A stretch of 64,000 nt of DNA from Candidatus Limnocylindria bacterium (GTDB taxonomy: Bacteria; Chloroflexota; Limnocylindria; P2-11E). The notes beneath the pieces are model-generated. The model saw only the letters and a list, made by a program, of their open reading frames with translations, did not search any database and had not been told where the DNA came from. Each line of letters opens with the position of its first letter. The first letter of the stretch is position 1. This document shows, in pieces, positions 17,926 through 28,301 of this stretch. The position numbers and the translations under genes were made by a program. The DNA lies in contig JBHEML010000005.1 of assembly GCA_046262615.1 (NCBI GenBank), forward strand, positions 263 through 64,262, in the 5' to 3' direction.

Positions 17926-19038
17926 TTGACAGACCCGCCGACGCTCCAGCGATGGTGGGTCAGCTACGTGGCCGTCGCGGCGGCCGCGGTGGTGCTCGTG
18001 CTTTTGGCGGCGGAGGCGGTCGGCCGCGTGCTCCGCCCGATCGCGCACCTCGGCCTCGTCGTCCTGTTCGCGATCGTCGTCGCCTTCGTGCTCGCTCCGC
18101 TCGCGACGCGCCTCGAGCGTGTGGTGCGGTCGCGCACCGCGGCCGTGATCGTCAGCTTCCTGGCCGCGCTCGCGGTCCTCGTCGGCGCGATCGCCCTCCT
18201 CGCCGCCCCGCTCATCAGCGAGTCCGGCCGCCTCGCGGATCAGATCCCGACATACGTCGAGCGCCTTCAGAGCGGCGACCCGGTGACGGTGCTCGGTGTC
18301 CAGATCCCGGACGAGCTGCGCGCGCGACTCGGCTCGGCGGTCGGCGATCTCGGAGGTCAATTCGCCGTCCAGGCGGTCGCGATCGTCGTGACGATCGTGT
18401 CCGGCGTCGTTGACCTGTTCCTCGTCCTCATCATCGCGCTTTACCTCCTGCTCGACCAGCGGCGGATCCGCGCGTTCGCGCTCCGCGCCCTTCCTCACCG
18501 CTATCGCGAACCGGTCGAAGGAGTGGAAGCCGAGGTTGCGCGCGTGTTCGGCGCGTACGTGCGGGGACAGCTCGTCCTCGCGCTTCTCGTTGGCGTCGCA
18601 TCCACGATCGTGCTCCTCGTCCTGGGAGTGCCGTACGCGCTGTTCCTCGGCGTGTTCGCCGGCGTCGTGGAGCTGGTGCCGATCCTCGGTCCGGTCCTGG
18701 GTGCCATCCCAGCGGTGCTCGTCGCCCTGTTCCAGCCGTTCCCGCTGGTGCTGTGGGTCGTCCTGGCCTTCGTCGTCATCCAGCAGGTCGAATCGAATCT
18801 CCTCGTGCCCCGCATCTCCGGGCACGCCGTCGGGCTGCACCCGCTCGCCGCGATGCTGGCGCTGCTGATCGGGTTGGAGGTCGGTGGGATCGTCGGTGCG
18901 CTCTTCGCGGTACCGCTCGCGGGGGTGATATGGGTCTTCGCTTCGGCCGCGATGCGCGCGCGCCGGTCACCTGCCAGCGGGAGCGCCCGCGTGGCTGACG
19001 CCGACGCGACGGCCGCAGCGAAGGGCGTTCAGCCGTAA
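17926..19038 (+). CDS. AI-2E family transporter
   Basis: Multiple TMs, YVRGQL, IQQVESNLLVPRI, GLHPL, GALFAVPL. Confidence 0.9.
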   Translation: MTDPPTLQRWWVSYVAVAAAAVVLVLLAAEAVGRVLRPIAHLGLVVLFAIVVAFVLAPLATRLERVVRSRTAAVIVSFLAALAVLVGAIALLAAPLISESGRLADQIPTYVERLQSGDPVTVLGVQIPDELRARLGSAVGDLGGQFAVQAVAIVVTIVSGVVDLFLVLIIALYLLLDQRRIRAFALRALPHRYREPVEGVEAEVARVFGAYVRGQLVLALLVGVASTIVLLVLGVPYALFLGVFAGVVELVPILGPVLGAIPAVLVALFQPFPLVLWVVLAFVVIQQVESNLLVPRISGHAVGLHPLAAMLALLIGLEVGGIVGALFAVPLAGVIWVFASAAMRARRSPASGSARVADADATAAAKGVQP

Positions 19039-19096
19039 GCACGGACCGCGCGCGCGACGAGAGGCGACGGCGGTTCAAGGGCGCGAAGGCTCGGAC

Positions 19097-22000
19097 TTAC
19101 GCGCCGGTCGCGGCGTCCACGACGAGCGCTCCGCCTTCGCGGTCCCGCAGCCGGCCCCACACCTCGTCCAGCAGCGCAGGCACATCGTCCAACCGGCGGA
19201 CCTCACCGCTCCTGGCGAAGATGAACTCGACGGCGCCGACGCGCGCCTTCGTCGCCTCCGCGGCGAGATACGCGTACGCGCCTCCTTGTAGCCGGTAGGC
19301 GGCCATCCGCTCGTCGATCGCTGACCGGCTCACGTCGTCCGTCTTGTAGTCGATAACGAAGATGGTCCCATCGACTTCGTATAGGAGATCGATCACGCCC
19401 TCGATCGTCGTGTCGCCAAACATCGCTCCGACCGGCACCTCCCGCCAATACCTGCCGCTCGCGAGCGCAGCCCGAACCGGCGCGCTGGCCCTGACCGTGT
19501 GGGCGAGCTTGATGACCTCGCTCGATCTGTGACCGATGCCCTCCGCGCCCGCTTCGATGTTCGCCAGAGCATCGAGCCCGTCGAGGGTCGCGAGATCGAT
19601 CGTCTCGAGGACCGCGTGCACCGCCCGACCTAGCGCCGTCGCGCCTCGGCCGCGCCTGAATCTGGCGCCGTCGTCGCGCTTGACCGCCTTCGCTTCGAGG
19701 GACTCGTCGTCGTGCGCGATGCTGGTTGCGGTCACCAGGTCCATCGCCCCGAGCGTGTCGATCGCGTTCTGCCTCTTCGCGATCCACTCCTGCTCTGATC
19801 GCAGGCTCTCCTCCGCAGTAAGCGATAGGTCGGCGGATTCCACGTAGGCCGCTGGTGCCCGCGGAGCATCCAGGTCGAGACGTTGCGCCAGCTCGAACCT
19901 CGGCAGGTTGCCGGCGAAAGCTTCAGCCTGCGGATCGCCCTTCGCCTTGCGGAACAGGCTGACCACGAGGTGGTCGCGCGCGCGAGTGGAGGCGACGTAC
20001 GAGAGGCGGAGCCCTTCAGCCTTTATCAATTCCTTCTCGCGATCCTTGGCGAGTTGGTAGCCCGCAGTCGCCCAGTCCCGTTCGTCACCAGTGCCCAACC
20101 CGACCTCGAGGGCCCCGGCGCGGCCCACCGGCTCGCCTGGCTTCACCGTCGAGCGATCGGCGATCACATGGCCCGGGGTGGCTGGGCCCTTCGAGCCCCA
20201 CCCGGTCAGGATCACGACGGGAAACTCCAGTCCCTTGGCGCCATGCACCGTCATCACGCGGACGGCGTTCTCGTCCGTCTCCGCGACCGCCGGGGAAGTG
20301 CCTCGATGTTGGTCCCTCTCCAAGCCCTCGATCCAGTCGACGAAGCTGCGAAGTGACGTGCGTCCGGTCTCACCGTACGCACGCGCACGATCGACGAGAT
20401 ACCGATAGCGACGCCACGCCTCCCTGGGGCGGGTGTGCGCGAATGCCGCCGGGATGAGGAGCCGCTCGGCCAGGATCCCTTCGATGAGCGCGGGTACGGA
20501 CCGCCCATGCCGGTCGCGGTGCAGGCGCCTCAGGTCTTCGAGCGCCTCCCGTACCCGGCCCCCCGGGGCACCAGGGGCGATCCACTCGTACCTGAATTGC
20601 CCACCGCCTTCGACCCATACGAGCAGCTCTTCGTCGCTGCAGCCGTAGATCGCCGAGCGCAGCGTGGCCACGAGCGCGACCTGGTCCGAAGGATCATCGA
20701 TCGATCGCAGGCATGAGACCAGATCCCGTATCTCCTGGGTCGCGACGATGAGCTCGCCGCTCTCCAGGCGGTACGGCACCCCTTCGTCCTCGAACGCGCG
20801 CTCGAGCCGCTTGAGGTTGGTCCTGGACGGGATGAGAACGCAGATGTCGCGATACTCCGCGGCGCGCGCGGTTCGCTGCCTGCCGTTGCCATCGGATACC
20901 TGCCAGGCTTCGGCGACGACGTCATGTGCGCACCGGGCGACGGCCTTCGCCTCCGCTTCCCAGACGACTGCCTGAGCTCCCTCGAGTGGACCGCCGAAGA
21001 ACGAGACGCCCTCATCCGTGTCCTCGGGCTCCGGCGCGAGCGGCTGATATCGGGGCTGGACACCGTCCTTCTCTTTCATGACGTCGCCGTAGTGCAGGTT
21101 CACCCACTGCACGATGCGAGGGACGGAGCGAAAGTTCTGGCTCAACACGGTGCCCCGGATCTGCTTCTGGATCAGGTGGTACAGCGTGATGTCGGCGCGC
21201 CGGAATCGATATATCGACTGCTTCGGGTCTCCGACCAGGAAGAGCTTGCCGGGCACGAGGGATAACGTGCTCCAGTGGACGTCGAAGCGCCCATCGGGTT
21301 CGGCCGCCAGGTAGAACGCGAGCTCCGCCTGGAGCGGATCGGTGTCCTGGAACTCGTCGACGAAGATCTGCGACCAGCGATCCTGCGCGAGCCTCCGCAC
21401 CTCAGCGTTGTCGCGCAGCAGGTCGCGTGACCACGTCATCAGGTCGTGGAACGTCGCCACGCCCCGCTCCTTGCGGTCGGTCGACCATTGGAGGACCGCG
21501 GCAGCGAGCATCTCCAGCAGGTCCACGAAGACGGCGCGCCGCTGCTCGTGCAGCGCTGCGTGGCTTCGCTTCTTCACGTCGCCGAGCAGGTTCTTGGCGA
21601 GCCTGAATTTATCCCGCCCCTTAGGTCCGAAGTCGTCCATGCTTCCTGGACCCGAAACGCGCTCGACAGTCCGCAGCGCCGTGAGCGACTCGTCGACCGT
21701 TAAAGCGGCGCGCAGGCGCTCCTCGGCGAAACGCAGAGCCTCGACCGTCTTGCCGATCTTGGTGTCCCGCATGTCGCGCAGGTTGTCCCGGCTTAGCCGG
21801 ATGTCGTCGGCTGCGAGCCGCGCCTGCTCAAATGGATCGAGCCGCACGGTCTTCGACTCCCAGTTGGGCCGCCCGTGGAGCATGTCGTAGTGGCCGTGAA
21901 GACCCTCCGCCGCGGCGCGGATCTGGTCGGTGGTCATCCCGAGGACAAGGGCCCTGCGTACCGTCTCTCCGCGGACCGCGTCGCTCGAGACCTGCTCGAA

Positions 22001-22444
22001 CCAATCGCGGAAACGATCATCGAATTCGATGTCCTGCTCGATGCCGTCCAAGGTCTCGAAGTTCGGCGGCAACCCGGCCTCCAACGGGAAGGTGCGAAGC
22101 AGCGAGCCGGCGAACGCGTGAATGGTGTCGATCGCCGCTTCATCGATCCCGTGGGCCACCGCCGCGCAGTTGATGCGTTCCGCGTCGCTCCGGCTCTCGT
22201 CGCGCGCCGCCATTTCGAGTCCTTCACGGATCCGAGCCCGCAACTCGGCCGCGGCGGCCACGGTGAACGTGATGGCGACCAGCTTGCGCGGCGAGTCGAT
22301 CCGGCCAGCCGCCGCGAGCTCCGTGATCCGGGCGACGATCTCACTGGTCTTGCCGGTGCCTGCCCCCGCCTCGACGAAGAACGTGGTCTCCAGGTCATGG
22401 CGCAGCTCGTCACGGACCGCCTGATCCGCGGGGATGGCGATCAC
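19097..22444 (-). CDS. addA: AddA-like UvrD helicase with C-terminal PD-(D/E)xK nuclease
   Basis: AGAGTGKT, ITFT..AA, VDEFQDT, VGDPKQSIYRFR, MTVHGAKGLEF, YVASTRAR, GVIDLL..IDYKT..Q..AY. Confidence 0.9.
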   Translation of the reverse strand: MIAIPADQAVRDELRHDLETTFFVEAGAGTGKTSEIVARITELAAAGRIDSPRKLVAITFTVAAAAELRARIREGLEMAARDESRSDAERINCAAVAHGIDEAAIDTIHAFAGSLLRTFPLEAGLPPNFETLDGIEQDIEFDDRFRDWFEQVSSDAVRGETVRRALVLGMTTDQIRAAAEGLHGHYDMLHGRPNWESKTVRLDPFEQARLAADDIRLSRDNLRDMRDTKIGKTVEALRFAEERLRAALTVDESLTALRTVERVSGPGSMDDFGPKGRDKFRLAKNLLGDVKKRSHAALHEQRRAVFVDLLEMLAAAVLQWSTDRKERGVATFHDLMTWSRDLLRDNAEVRRLAQDRWSQIFVDEFQDTDPLQAELAFYLAAEPDGRFDVHWSTLSLVPGKLFLVGDPKQSIYRFRRADITLYHLIQKQIRGTVLSQNFRSVPRIVQWVNLHYGDVMKEKDGVQPRYQPLAPEPEDTDEGVSFFGGPLEGAQAVVWEAEAKAVARCAHDVVAEAWQVSDGNGRQRTARAAEYRDICVLIPSRTNLKRLERAFEDEGVPYRLESGELIVATQEIRDLVSCLRSIDDPSDQVALVATLRSAIYGCSDEELLVWVEGGGQFRYEWIAPGAPGGRVREALEDLRRLHRDRHGRSVPALIEGILAERLLIPAAFAHTRPREAWRRYRYLVDRARAYGETGRTSLRSFVDWIEGLERDQHRGTSPAVAETDENAVRVMTVHGAKGLEFPVVILTGWGSKGPATPGHVIADRSTVKPGEPVGRAGALEVGLGTGDERDWATAGYQLAKDREKELIKAEGLRLSYVASTRARDHLVVSLFRKAKGDPQAEAFAGNLPRFELAQRLDLDAPRAPAAYVESADLSLTAEESLRSEQEWIAKRQNAIDTLGAMDLVTATSIAHDDESLEAKAVKRDDGARFRRGRGATALGRAVHAVLETIDLATLDGLDALANIEAGAEGIGHRSSEVIKLAHTVRASAPVRAALASGRYWREVPVGAMFGDTTIEGVIDLLYEVDGTIFVIDYKTDDVSRSAIDERMAAYRLQGGAYAYLAAEATKARVGAVEFIFARSGEVRRLDDVPALLDEVWGRLRDREGGALVVDAATGA

Positions 22445-25400
22445 TTCGCCGGGGCTTCCAGGGTCAGTCTGGCGTGCAGCGCGCTTCGGGGATCATCCTT
22501 TTTGGTCCGCCACAATTGATCCCGCGCCGAGGGGCAGATGCGCGTGTACGGGCAGTACACGCAGTTTTCCCAGGAAACGCGTGGGCCGCGCTGCGTGTCA
22601 TTTCCGGGCACCTGTGGGAAGGCCCCGTCCCTGAGCCCCTCGTCGACGATGTTCAGGACATCGTGAAGACGACCATCGACCGTACGACCACCACCCTTGA
22701 CCGCCCCGTCAAGCGTGACCTGCACGCGCTTGAACCCTTCTTTGGCCGATATGCCCCAGTACGCGGCGCTGACAACGGGCTCCTCCGCGGCCATCTGCTC
22801 GATCAGCCAGCGCCGCGTCGCGACGGCATAGGCGGCCAGCTGGACCTGCGTCCCGCCGAGGACCGGGTCATTGTCGAGTGCATCCTGACGCGGGATCTTG
22901 CCGCTCTTGTAGTCCAGCACCAGCGCCTGCTCGGGCGCGCCCTTGCCGGGCGGCAGATCGAGACGGTCGATGTACCCGCGGATCAGCGCTTCCCCGCCGC
23001 TGTCGAGGGGCACCACCGCCGGCCCCCAGCCATCGGCGCTATTCATCCCGAAGGGCTGCTCGAATCGGGCGGGCAGCAATCCGCCGCGCTCATCCTGGTC
23101 GGTGGTCAAGGTGCTGTGCAGGTCGAGGAGGATGCCGTGGCGCTCGTTCGCCCATGACAGCACGTGGCCAACGAGGCCGCCGTCTTCGACCTTCTTGAAG
23201 ACCTCGTCCGTGATGACCTCGATGCGCGCGTGATCGCCGCGCGTGTAGCTCTCGTGAAGACTGGGTCTGCCGATCGCGTGCAGCTCCTGGAAAAAGCGCT
23301 CGAGGATCTCGTGGATGAGCGATCCCTTAAGCATCGGACTCATCGACAGCTTGTCGTCCTCTTCAGGGTTCTCGGTCGCCTCGACGTTGAGTACCCGGCC
23401 CATGAAGTACTTGAATGGACATGCCGCCCATAACTGGATCGCCGATGCAGACGTCGTGACGCGCGCGAGGCCTCGTTCAGGGCGCGCGTGCACGTGGCCG
23501 TCGAAGGCTGTCAGGCCGCGCGACCGCCGCGCTCGTTGAACTTCGAGGTTCCGCCCAAGGGGAAGATCCTCGCGGAGCGCGAGACCCGATCGTTCGAGAC
23601 GTGCAGATCCGCTCGAGCGGCTGGCCTCATGTATCCGCCACTCAGCGAGGTCCAGCAGAGTCGTCGCGCCGCCGATGCTCTGGCTGGGAGATTGGACCCG
23701 TATGACCCACGCCGGACCCTCGAGCTTCCGCAGCTCGCTCGAAGTCAGTGGCCTGCCCATCTTCCGCGAGCAGACCTCCAGCAGCCACGGCGCGGCGAAG
23801 GTCACGCGCAGCGACGAGTCCCACGAAGGAACGCAGAGGCGCACCTCGCCGCCGTCCGCGGCGGCGCAGGCGCCGAGGAAGGCGCGGCGTTCCTCACCCA
23901 GACGCTCCATTCGCCGTCCGAGCTGATCTCCGTTAGGGAAGATCGGATCCGCCGGCTCGGGTGTCGGGAACACGCCTTCGCCCAGCCCGATCAAATGGAC
24001 CCGGTCGAACGCCATTCCCAGGGCTGCGGTCGCATCGCCGACGGTGATCCCGATCCCCATTCGCCCCTGCGGCCTCCTGGCGGCCGTCAACCCGGCCTCA
24101 AGCGTGTCGATGAACGTGGCCACGGTGGTGCGCTCCTCGAATGCGTCGGCGATGCGGAGCTTCTGCACCACGTCGTCGACGGCATCGGCCGCCTCCCTTT
24201 CGGTGGAGGAATCCGGGACAGGCACGTGAGCGCTCCTGCAGCGCGCGGCCCACTCCACGAGCGCGCTCCAGGTGACATCCGCCGGAGGCTCGGTGTCGGC
24301 GGCGATTCGATCGATCTCCGCCGCGATAAGTTGAGCGCGCTCGAGCTCACGCTCGAGATATCTCGTCTCTGCCGCGCTTCGGTTGGCGTCGTTCTCCTCG
24401 AGCCTTTCGCGGATGCCGCTGGTGAACCGGTCGAGGCCGCGCGCCCAACCGTCCCGGCCTCGCACGACGCCCGCCTTGCGTGAGATGCGGTTCCAGTCGC
24501 TGAAGCTCGGCATGTTCCGCCCCGCGTGCGGCAGCGTGCTCCGCCAATCGAGCACCGCGCGCCGCGAGAAGTCCAGGTCGCGCAGGCGCAGCAGGCCGAG
24601 GAGCCCTCGGCCCACCACGCTCTCCGCGAGCGGGCGGCCTTCGAGCGCGGCCCAGGGCAGTCCGGCGGCGTCAAGTGTCTCCCGCACCAGCGCTGCATAT
24701 GGCTCTTCCCGTCCGCAGAGAACGGCCATGCGGTAGAGCGGTACGCCGTCCTCGAGGGCCTCGGCGACCTGGCGGACAGCGACGCGCACCTCGCCCGATG
24801 GATCGGGCGCGATGACGATGCCGACCTCGGCCTGAGGGATCGCCGGCCCTGCGGGCGGCAGCGTCTCCCAGTCGAGACCGAGCGCGACCGCGGCGGCTTT
24901 CGCCTGTCCGTCCGCGAGCTCGTCATCGAAGGCGGCGAGGGCGATGTCGACCGGGGCTTCGTCCGCAAGCGCACGAAGCAGCCGCACCGTGAAGGGCCGC
25001 GACAGCTGCGGAAGGAAGACGATCACGTGTCCCACTTCCCGCAGCCGCTGGTGCGTGGGACCGGCCACGCCGCTGACAGCGGCCGCCATGAGGTCCGTCT
25101 GGTCGTAAAGCTTCCCCTCCGCCAGCAGGCGCCGATACTCGGCGAACGTCGTGAGGGCAGCCGCGGCCATTCGGCTCGCGCGGGACCAGGAATTGAGGGT
25201 GCCGTCGTCTATCTCCCGCTCGCGCAACTCGCCGAAGAGTCGTTTCAGCATCTCGACGACAGCGCGGTGTTGACGAACGTCGCCAAAGCCGTCGCCCCGT
25301 CGGCGCAGCGCTTCGCGGATCGCGCCTTCTTCCTGGATGTCGGTCATCGGGGCACACCCACGAGCCGCGAGAACGGGCGCCCCGAACGATTCCGCCAGCC

Positions 25401-25560
25401 CCGGCAGGCGCGTGAACCGCACGTTCGCGAAGCCCCCGCGCGACATCCGGCGCTGCAGCGCGAGGCCGACGTAATGGTTCTGGACCGCGACCGTCACCGG
25501 GCGCAGCGGATCATCAGCTTGGATCTCGCGGATCTGGCCGGTCAGCCACCGCTCGGCCAC
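22441..25560 (-). CDS. addB: AddB-like inactive helicase with PD-(D/E)xK nuclease and Fe-S staple
   Basis: CPFKYF, GYIDRLD..LDYKSG, QLAAY, CVYCPYTRIC; GTGA overlap with addA. Confidence 0.85.
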   Translation of the reverse strand: MAERWLTGQIREIQADDPLRPVTVAVQNHYVGLALQRRMSRGGFANVRFTRLPGLAESFGAPVLAARGCAPMTDIQEEGAIREALRRRGDGFGDVRQHRAVVEMLKRLFGELREREIDDGTLNSWSRASRMAAAALTTFAEYRRLLAEGKLYDQTDLMAAAVSGVAGPTHQRLREVGHVIVFLPQLSRPFTVRLLRALADEAPVDIALAAFDDELADGQAKAAAVALGLDWETLPPAGPAIPQAEVGIVIAPDPSGEVRVAVRQVAEALEDGVPLYRMAVLCGREEPYAALVRETLDAAGLPWAALEGRPLAESVVGRGLLGLLRLRDLDFSRRAVLDWRSTLPHAGRNMPSFSDWNRISRKAGVVRGRDGWARGLDRFTSGIRERLEENDANRSAAETRYLERELERAQLIAAEIDRIAADTEPPADVTWSALVEWAARCRSAHVPVPDSSTEREAADAVDDVVQKLRIADAFEERTTVATFIDTLEAGLTAARRPQGRMGIGITVGDATAALGMAFDRVHLIGLGEGVFPTPEPADPIFPNGDQLGRRMERLGEERRAFLGACAAADGGEVRLCVPSWDSSLRVTFAAPWLLEVCSRKMGRPLTSSELRKLEGPAWVIRVQSPSQSIGGATTLLDLAEWRIHEASRSSGSARLERSGLALREDLPLGRNLEVQRARRSRGLTAFDGHVHARPERGLARVTTSASAIQLWAACPFKYFMGRVLNVEATENPEEDDKLSMSPMLKGSLIHEILERFFQELHAIGRPSLHESYTRGDHARIEVITDEVFKKVEDGGLVGHVLSWANERHGILLDLHSTLTTDQDERGGLLPARFEQPFGMNSADGWGPAVVPLDSGGEALIRGYIDRLDLPPGKGAPEQALVLDYKSGKIPRQDALDNDPVLGGTQVQLAAYAVATRRWLIEQMAAEEPVVSAAYWGISAKEGFKRVQVTLDGAVKGGGRTVDGRLHDVLNIVDEGLRDGAFPQVPGNDTQRGPRVSWENCVYCPYTRICPSARDQLWRTKKDDPRSALHARLTLEAPAK

Positions 25561-25722
25561 CGGGCCGGGCCGTGCCCGGACAGCGTTCAGCGCCAGGCCC
25601 GCCCCCTCACTCCGGACACACTACTCGCCGGTCCTTTGCCAGGGCACCGGGCATCCATGGAGGCGTCGGCGACGCGTCGGCACGCTTCCTGCCGAGACCG
25701 TTGCACGAAAGGAGGTGCCCAA

Positions 25723-25881
25723 ATGCTCCTCGCAATCGCAGGCGTCATCCTCGTGCTCTGGCTGCTCGGCCTGGTCGCGCTCCCCGCGGTCGGCGGCCTG
25801 ATCCACATCCTTCTCATCGTCGCGTTGATCGTTATCGTGCTGCACTTCCTCGGCATCGGACGAAGCCGAACGACCGTCTGA
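25723..25881 (+). CDS. Small 2-TM protein (lmo0937/DUF5670-like)
   Basis: MLLAIAGVILVLWLLG..GGLIHILLIVALI; strong SD AAAGGAGG. Confidence 0.88.
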   Translation: MLLAIAGVILVLWLLGLVALPAVGGLIHILLIVALIVIVLHFLGIGRSRTTV

Positions 25882-25894
25882 ACGGAACGCGCTG

Positions 25895-25925
25895 ACTGCG
25901 GCCCGGAACGGCTCCGGGCCGCAGT
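25895..25925 (+). terminator. Stem-loop after the small membrane gene
   Basis: 13-bp perfect stem ACTGCGGCCCGGA/TCCGGGCCGCAGT with a 5-nt loop; weak U-tract. Confidence 0.6.
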
Positions 25926-25969
25926 GCTGTCCCTGCTCGCCTGAGACGCGCGACGAACGGAGGATCCCG

Positions 25970-26509
25970 GTGACGACCAGATCCACGACAGCGATCGGCG
26001 TCGCCGCCACGTTGGCTCTCGCGACGCTGGCCGGCGCGGCAGCCTGGTCCGGCGCGCGGGCGGACGCAGCCCAGCGGGCCACGAGCGGCGCGCCACTTCC
26101 GGATCCGAGCCGGGCGCCGGACGCCGATGACGACGACCAGCCCGTGACCGTCACCGGGGAGATCAGCGCCACCAACGCGTCGGGCGAGGCCGGATACCAG
26201 ATCACCGTCGGCGGCCAGGCGACCCGCTTGAGCGTTGGACCGCCCTGGCACTTCGACACCGACCCGCTCGCGCAGTTCGTGGGAAAGACCGTGACCATCA
26301 CGGGTGAGCGTTCGACCGGCACGCCGTCCCCGAACGCATCCGCCAAGGCGAAGGGCAAACCCGCCGAGGGGCCCGAGATCGATGTCTTCACCGTGACCAG
26401 CGGCGGCACCACCGTGATGATCCGCGGCGCAGGCAAGCCGCCGTGGGCGGGCGGGCAGAAGATGGTCGGAACCAAGCAGCCGGGTTCGAAGAGCTCCAAG
26501 GTCAGGTAG
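25970..26509 (+). CDS. Secreted OB-fold-like protein
   Basis: Signal peptide, SD GGAGG; VTVTGEI..LSVGPPW..GKTVTITG..IR..GKPPW pattern. Confidence 0.65.
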   Translation: MTTRSTTAIGVAATLALATLAGAAAWSGARADAAQRATSGAPLPDPSRAPDADDDDQPVTVTGEISATNASGEAGYQITVGGQATRLSVGPPWHFDTDPLAQFVGKTVTITGERSTGTPSPNASAKAKGKPAEGPEIDVFTVTSGGTTVMIRGAGKPPWAGGQKMVGTKQPGSKSSKVR

Positions 26510-26540
26510 CGCCGGGGAGGCCCTGCCCCACCGGCCGCTT

Positions 26541-27614
26541 CTAGACGCGCGCGATGCGAGCGGTGGGACTGGCCTGGTGCCGGATGCCGGCAAATCGCTG
26601 GAGCAGCGTGAGCACGTCGTCCCCGACCCGCCGCGTCGTGCGGATCGCGTCCCGCAGCGTGGCGACGTCCACCGAACCTCCCTGCGCCACCGGGAGGACG
26701 CCGAAGCGGCGGGCATCCACCAGGTCGGCGGCCTCGTTCCCGAAGCGCGTCGCCCATAGCCGATCCGTCGCGGTCGGGGAGCCGCTCCGCTGGAGATGTC
26801 CGAGGACGACCACGCGCGCCTCGATGTGAGCGCGCGTCTCGACCAGCCGTGCGACGAGCGCGCCGATCGCCCGCTGGTCGAGCCGCGGATGCCCGAACGC
26901 GTCACGGTCCACCGGCGCCTGCGCCTCGAGGCCCGCGATCTCCGCCGCCTCCGCGACCACGATGATCGTGTCCTGGTCGCCCTCCGCGCGCAGCTCGTGG
27001 ATCGTGCCGACGACGTCGTCGGCGGTCACGGGGACCTCGGGCACGATCACGAGGTCCGCGCCGCCAGTGAGGCCTCCGTACGCCGCCACCCAGCCCGCGT
27101 CGCGGCCCATCGCCTCGACCACCACCACGCGGTGATGCGCGCTTGCCGTTGTGCGCAGACGATCGACCGCTTCCGCGACGACCGTCACGGCGGTGTCGAA
27201 CCCGATGCAGTAATTGGTCTCGGCGAGGTCGTTGTCCACGGTCTTCGGGATCCCGACGACCGGCACTCCACCATCCTGTAGCCAGTCGGCGACACCGAGC
27301 GTGTCGTTGCCCCCGATCGCGACCAGTGCGTCGAGGCCGATCCGTTCGATGTTCGTAGCGACCTCGGCCGCGGCGGCGCCATCCTTGCGCGGATCGGTGC
27401 GCGTCGTGCCAAGGATCGTGCCGCCGAGGCCGAGGATGCCATGAACGTCCGGGGGGCAGAGTTCACGCGTCCGAGGCTCACCGACCAGGCCCGCCCAACC
27501 GTCGGCGATGCCGACGACCTCGTGCCCCAGCGCGTGCGAGCGCAGTACGACCGCGCGGATCGCGGCATTGAGCCCGGGAGCGTCGCCGCCGCCGGTAAGC
27601 ACGCCGATCCTCAT
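26541..27614 (-). CDS. pfkA: 6-phosphofructokinase
   Basis: MRIGVLTGGGDAPGLN, GGTILGTTR, IGGNDT, PKTVDND, EAMGRDAG, LGHLQRSG. Confidence 0.93.
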   Translation of the reverse strand: MRIGVLTGGGDAPGLNAAIRAVVLRSHALGHEVVGIADGWAGLVGEPRTRELCPPDVHGILGLGGTILGTTRTDPRKDGAAAAEVATNIERIGLDALVAIGGNDTLGVADWLQDGGVPVVGIPKTVDNDLAETNYCIGFDTAVTVVAEAVDRLRTTASAHHRVVVVEAMGRDAGWVAAYGGLTGGADLVIVPEVPVTADDVVGTIHELRAEGDQDTIIVVAEAAEIAGLEAQAPVDRDAFGHPRLDQRAIGALVARLVETRAHIEARVVVLGHLQRSGSPTATDRLWATRFGNEAADLVDARRFGVLPVAQGGSVDVATLRDAIRTTRRVGDDVLTLLQRFAGIRHQASPTARIARV

Positions 27615-27696
27615 GGGGCGCGTCCGGCCTGGCGGTCCATCGCGTGCAGTATCGCGCCCGGCCGCGCGCCGGGACAGCCTTCCCGCGGCAGGTCCG

Positions 27697-28116
27697 CTAC
27701 TCGGCGCTCCACGGTCCCGAGCCGCCGACCCGCTCGACGGTGATGCGCAGGACGTGCCCGGGCGGGGGATCCGGCATCGGCGGGAACCGCACGCCCGCAC
27801 CGATGTATACGTGCGCCAGGCGTTGCAGCAACGGCGCGGCGCCGCCTTCCTGCACGCGCGCGCGGCCGTGCAGGACGAGGTAATCGCGCAGGCCGTACTC
27901 GTTGACGCGCGTGCCCTCCATCGACAGTGCCACGCGGGGATCCCGCTCCAGGTTGCGCAACTTCCGATAACGGCTCAGGTGGCCGGAGACGATCTCATCG
28001 CCGTCGAGGCCGACCCAGACGCAGGTCACCTGCGGCGCGCCATCCGGGTCCAGCGTCACGAGGTGCGCGAGCGCGCCGGACTCGACAAGCCGACGGGCCT
28101 CGTCGTTCAGCCGCAC
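27697..28116 (-). CDS. PPOX-class F420-dependent oxidoreductase
   Basis: LVTLDPDGAPQVT.VW, KLRNLERDPRVAL split-barrel motifs. Confidence 0.9.
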   Translation of the reverse strand: MRLNDEARRLVESGALAHLVTLDPDGAPQVTCVWVGLDGDEIVSGHLSRYRKLRNLERDPRVALSMEGTRVNEYGLRDYLVLHGRARVQEGGAAPLLQRLAHVYIGAGVRFPPMPDPPPGHVLRITVERVGGSGPWSAE

Positions 28117-28301
28117 GCGCGCATCGTAGGTCGCGCGGCGAGCGAAAGAACACCGGCATCAATCGGCGTGAGCGTCGACCCGATCCCCTCGGCCACCGCG
28201 CTGCGCTCCTGGCGGGGGGCTGGCGAGTTTCAGAAGTTCTTTCTGTCCCGCGGGCGGCGGTGGCAGCCCTCCGCCGACGAGGGGAGCCGCCACGCGGTGT
28301 G

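Noticed and set aside
19071-19086. CGGTTCAAGG(A)GCGCGA shared with 45648-45664, both between convergent genes
   Set aside because: Only two short copies with no palindrome; insufficient to call a REP-like repeat
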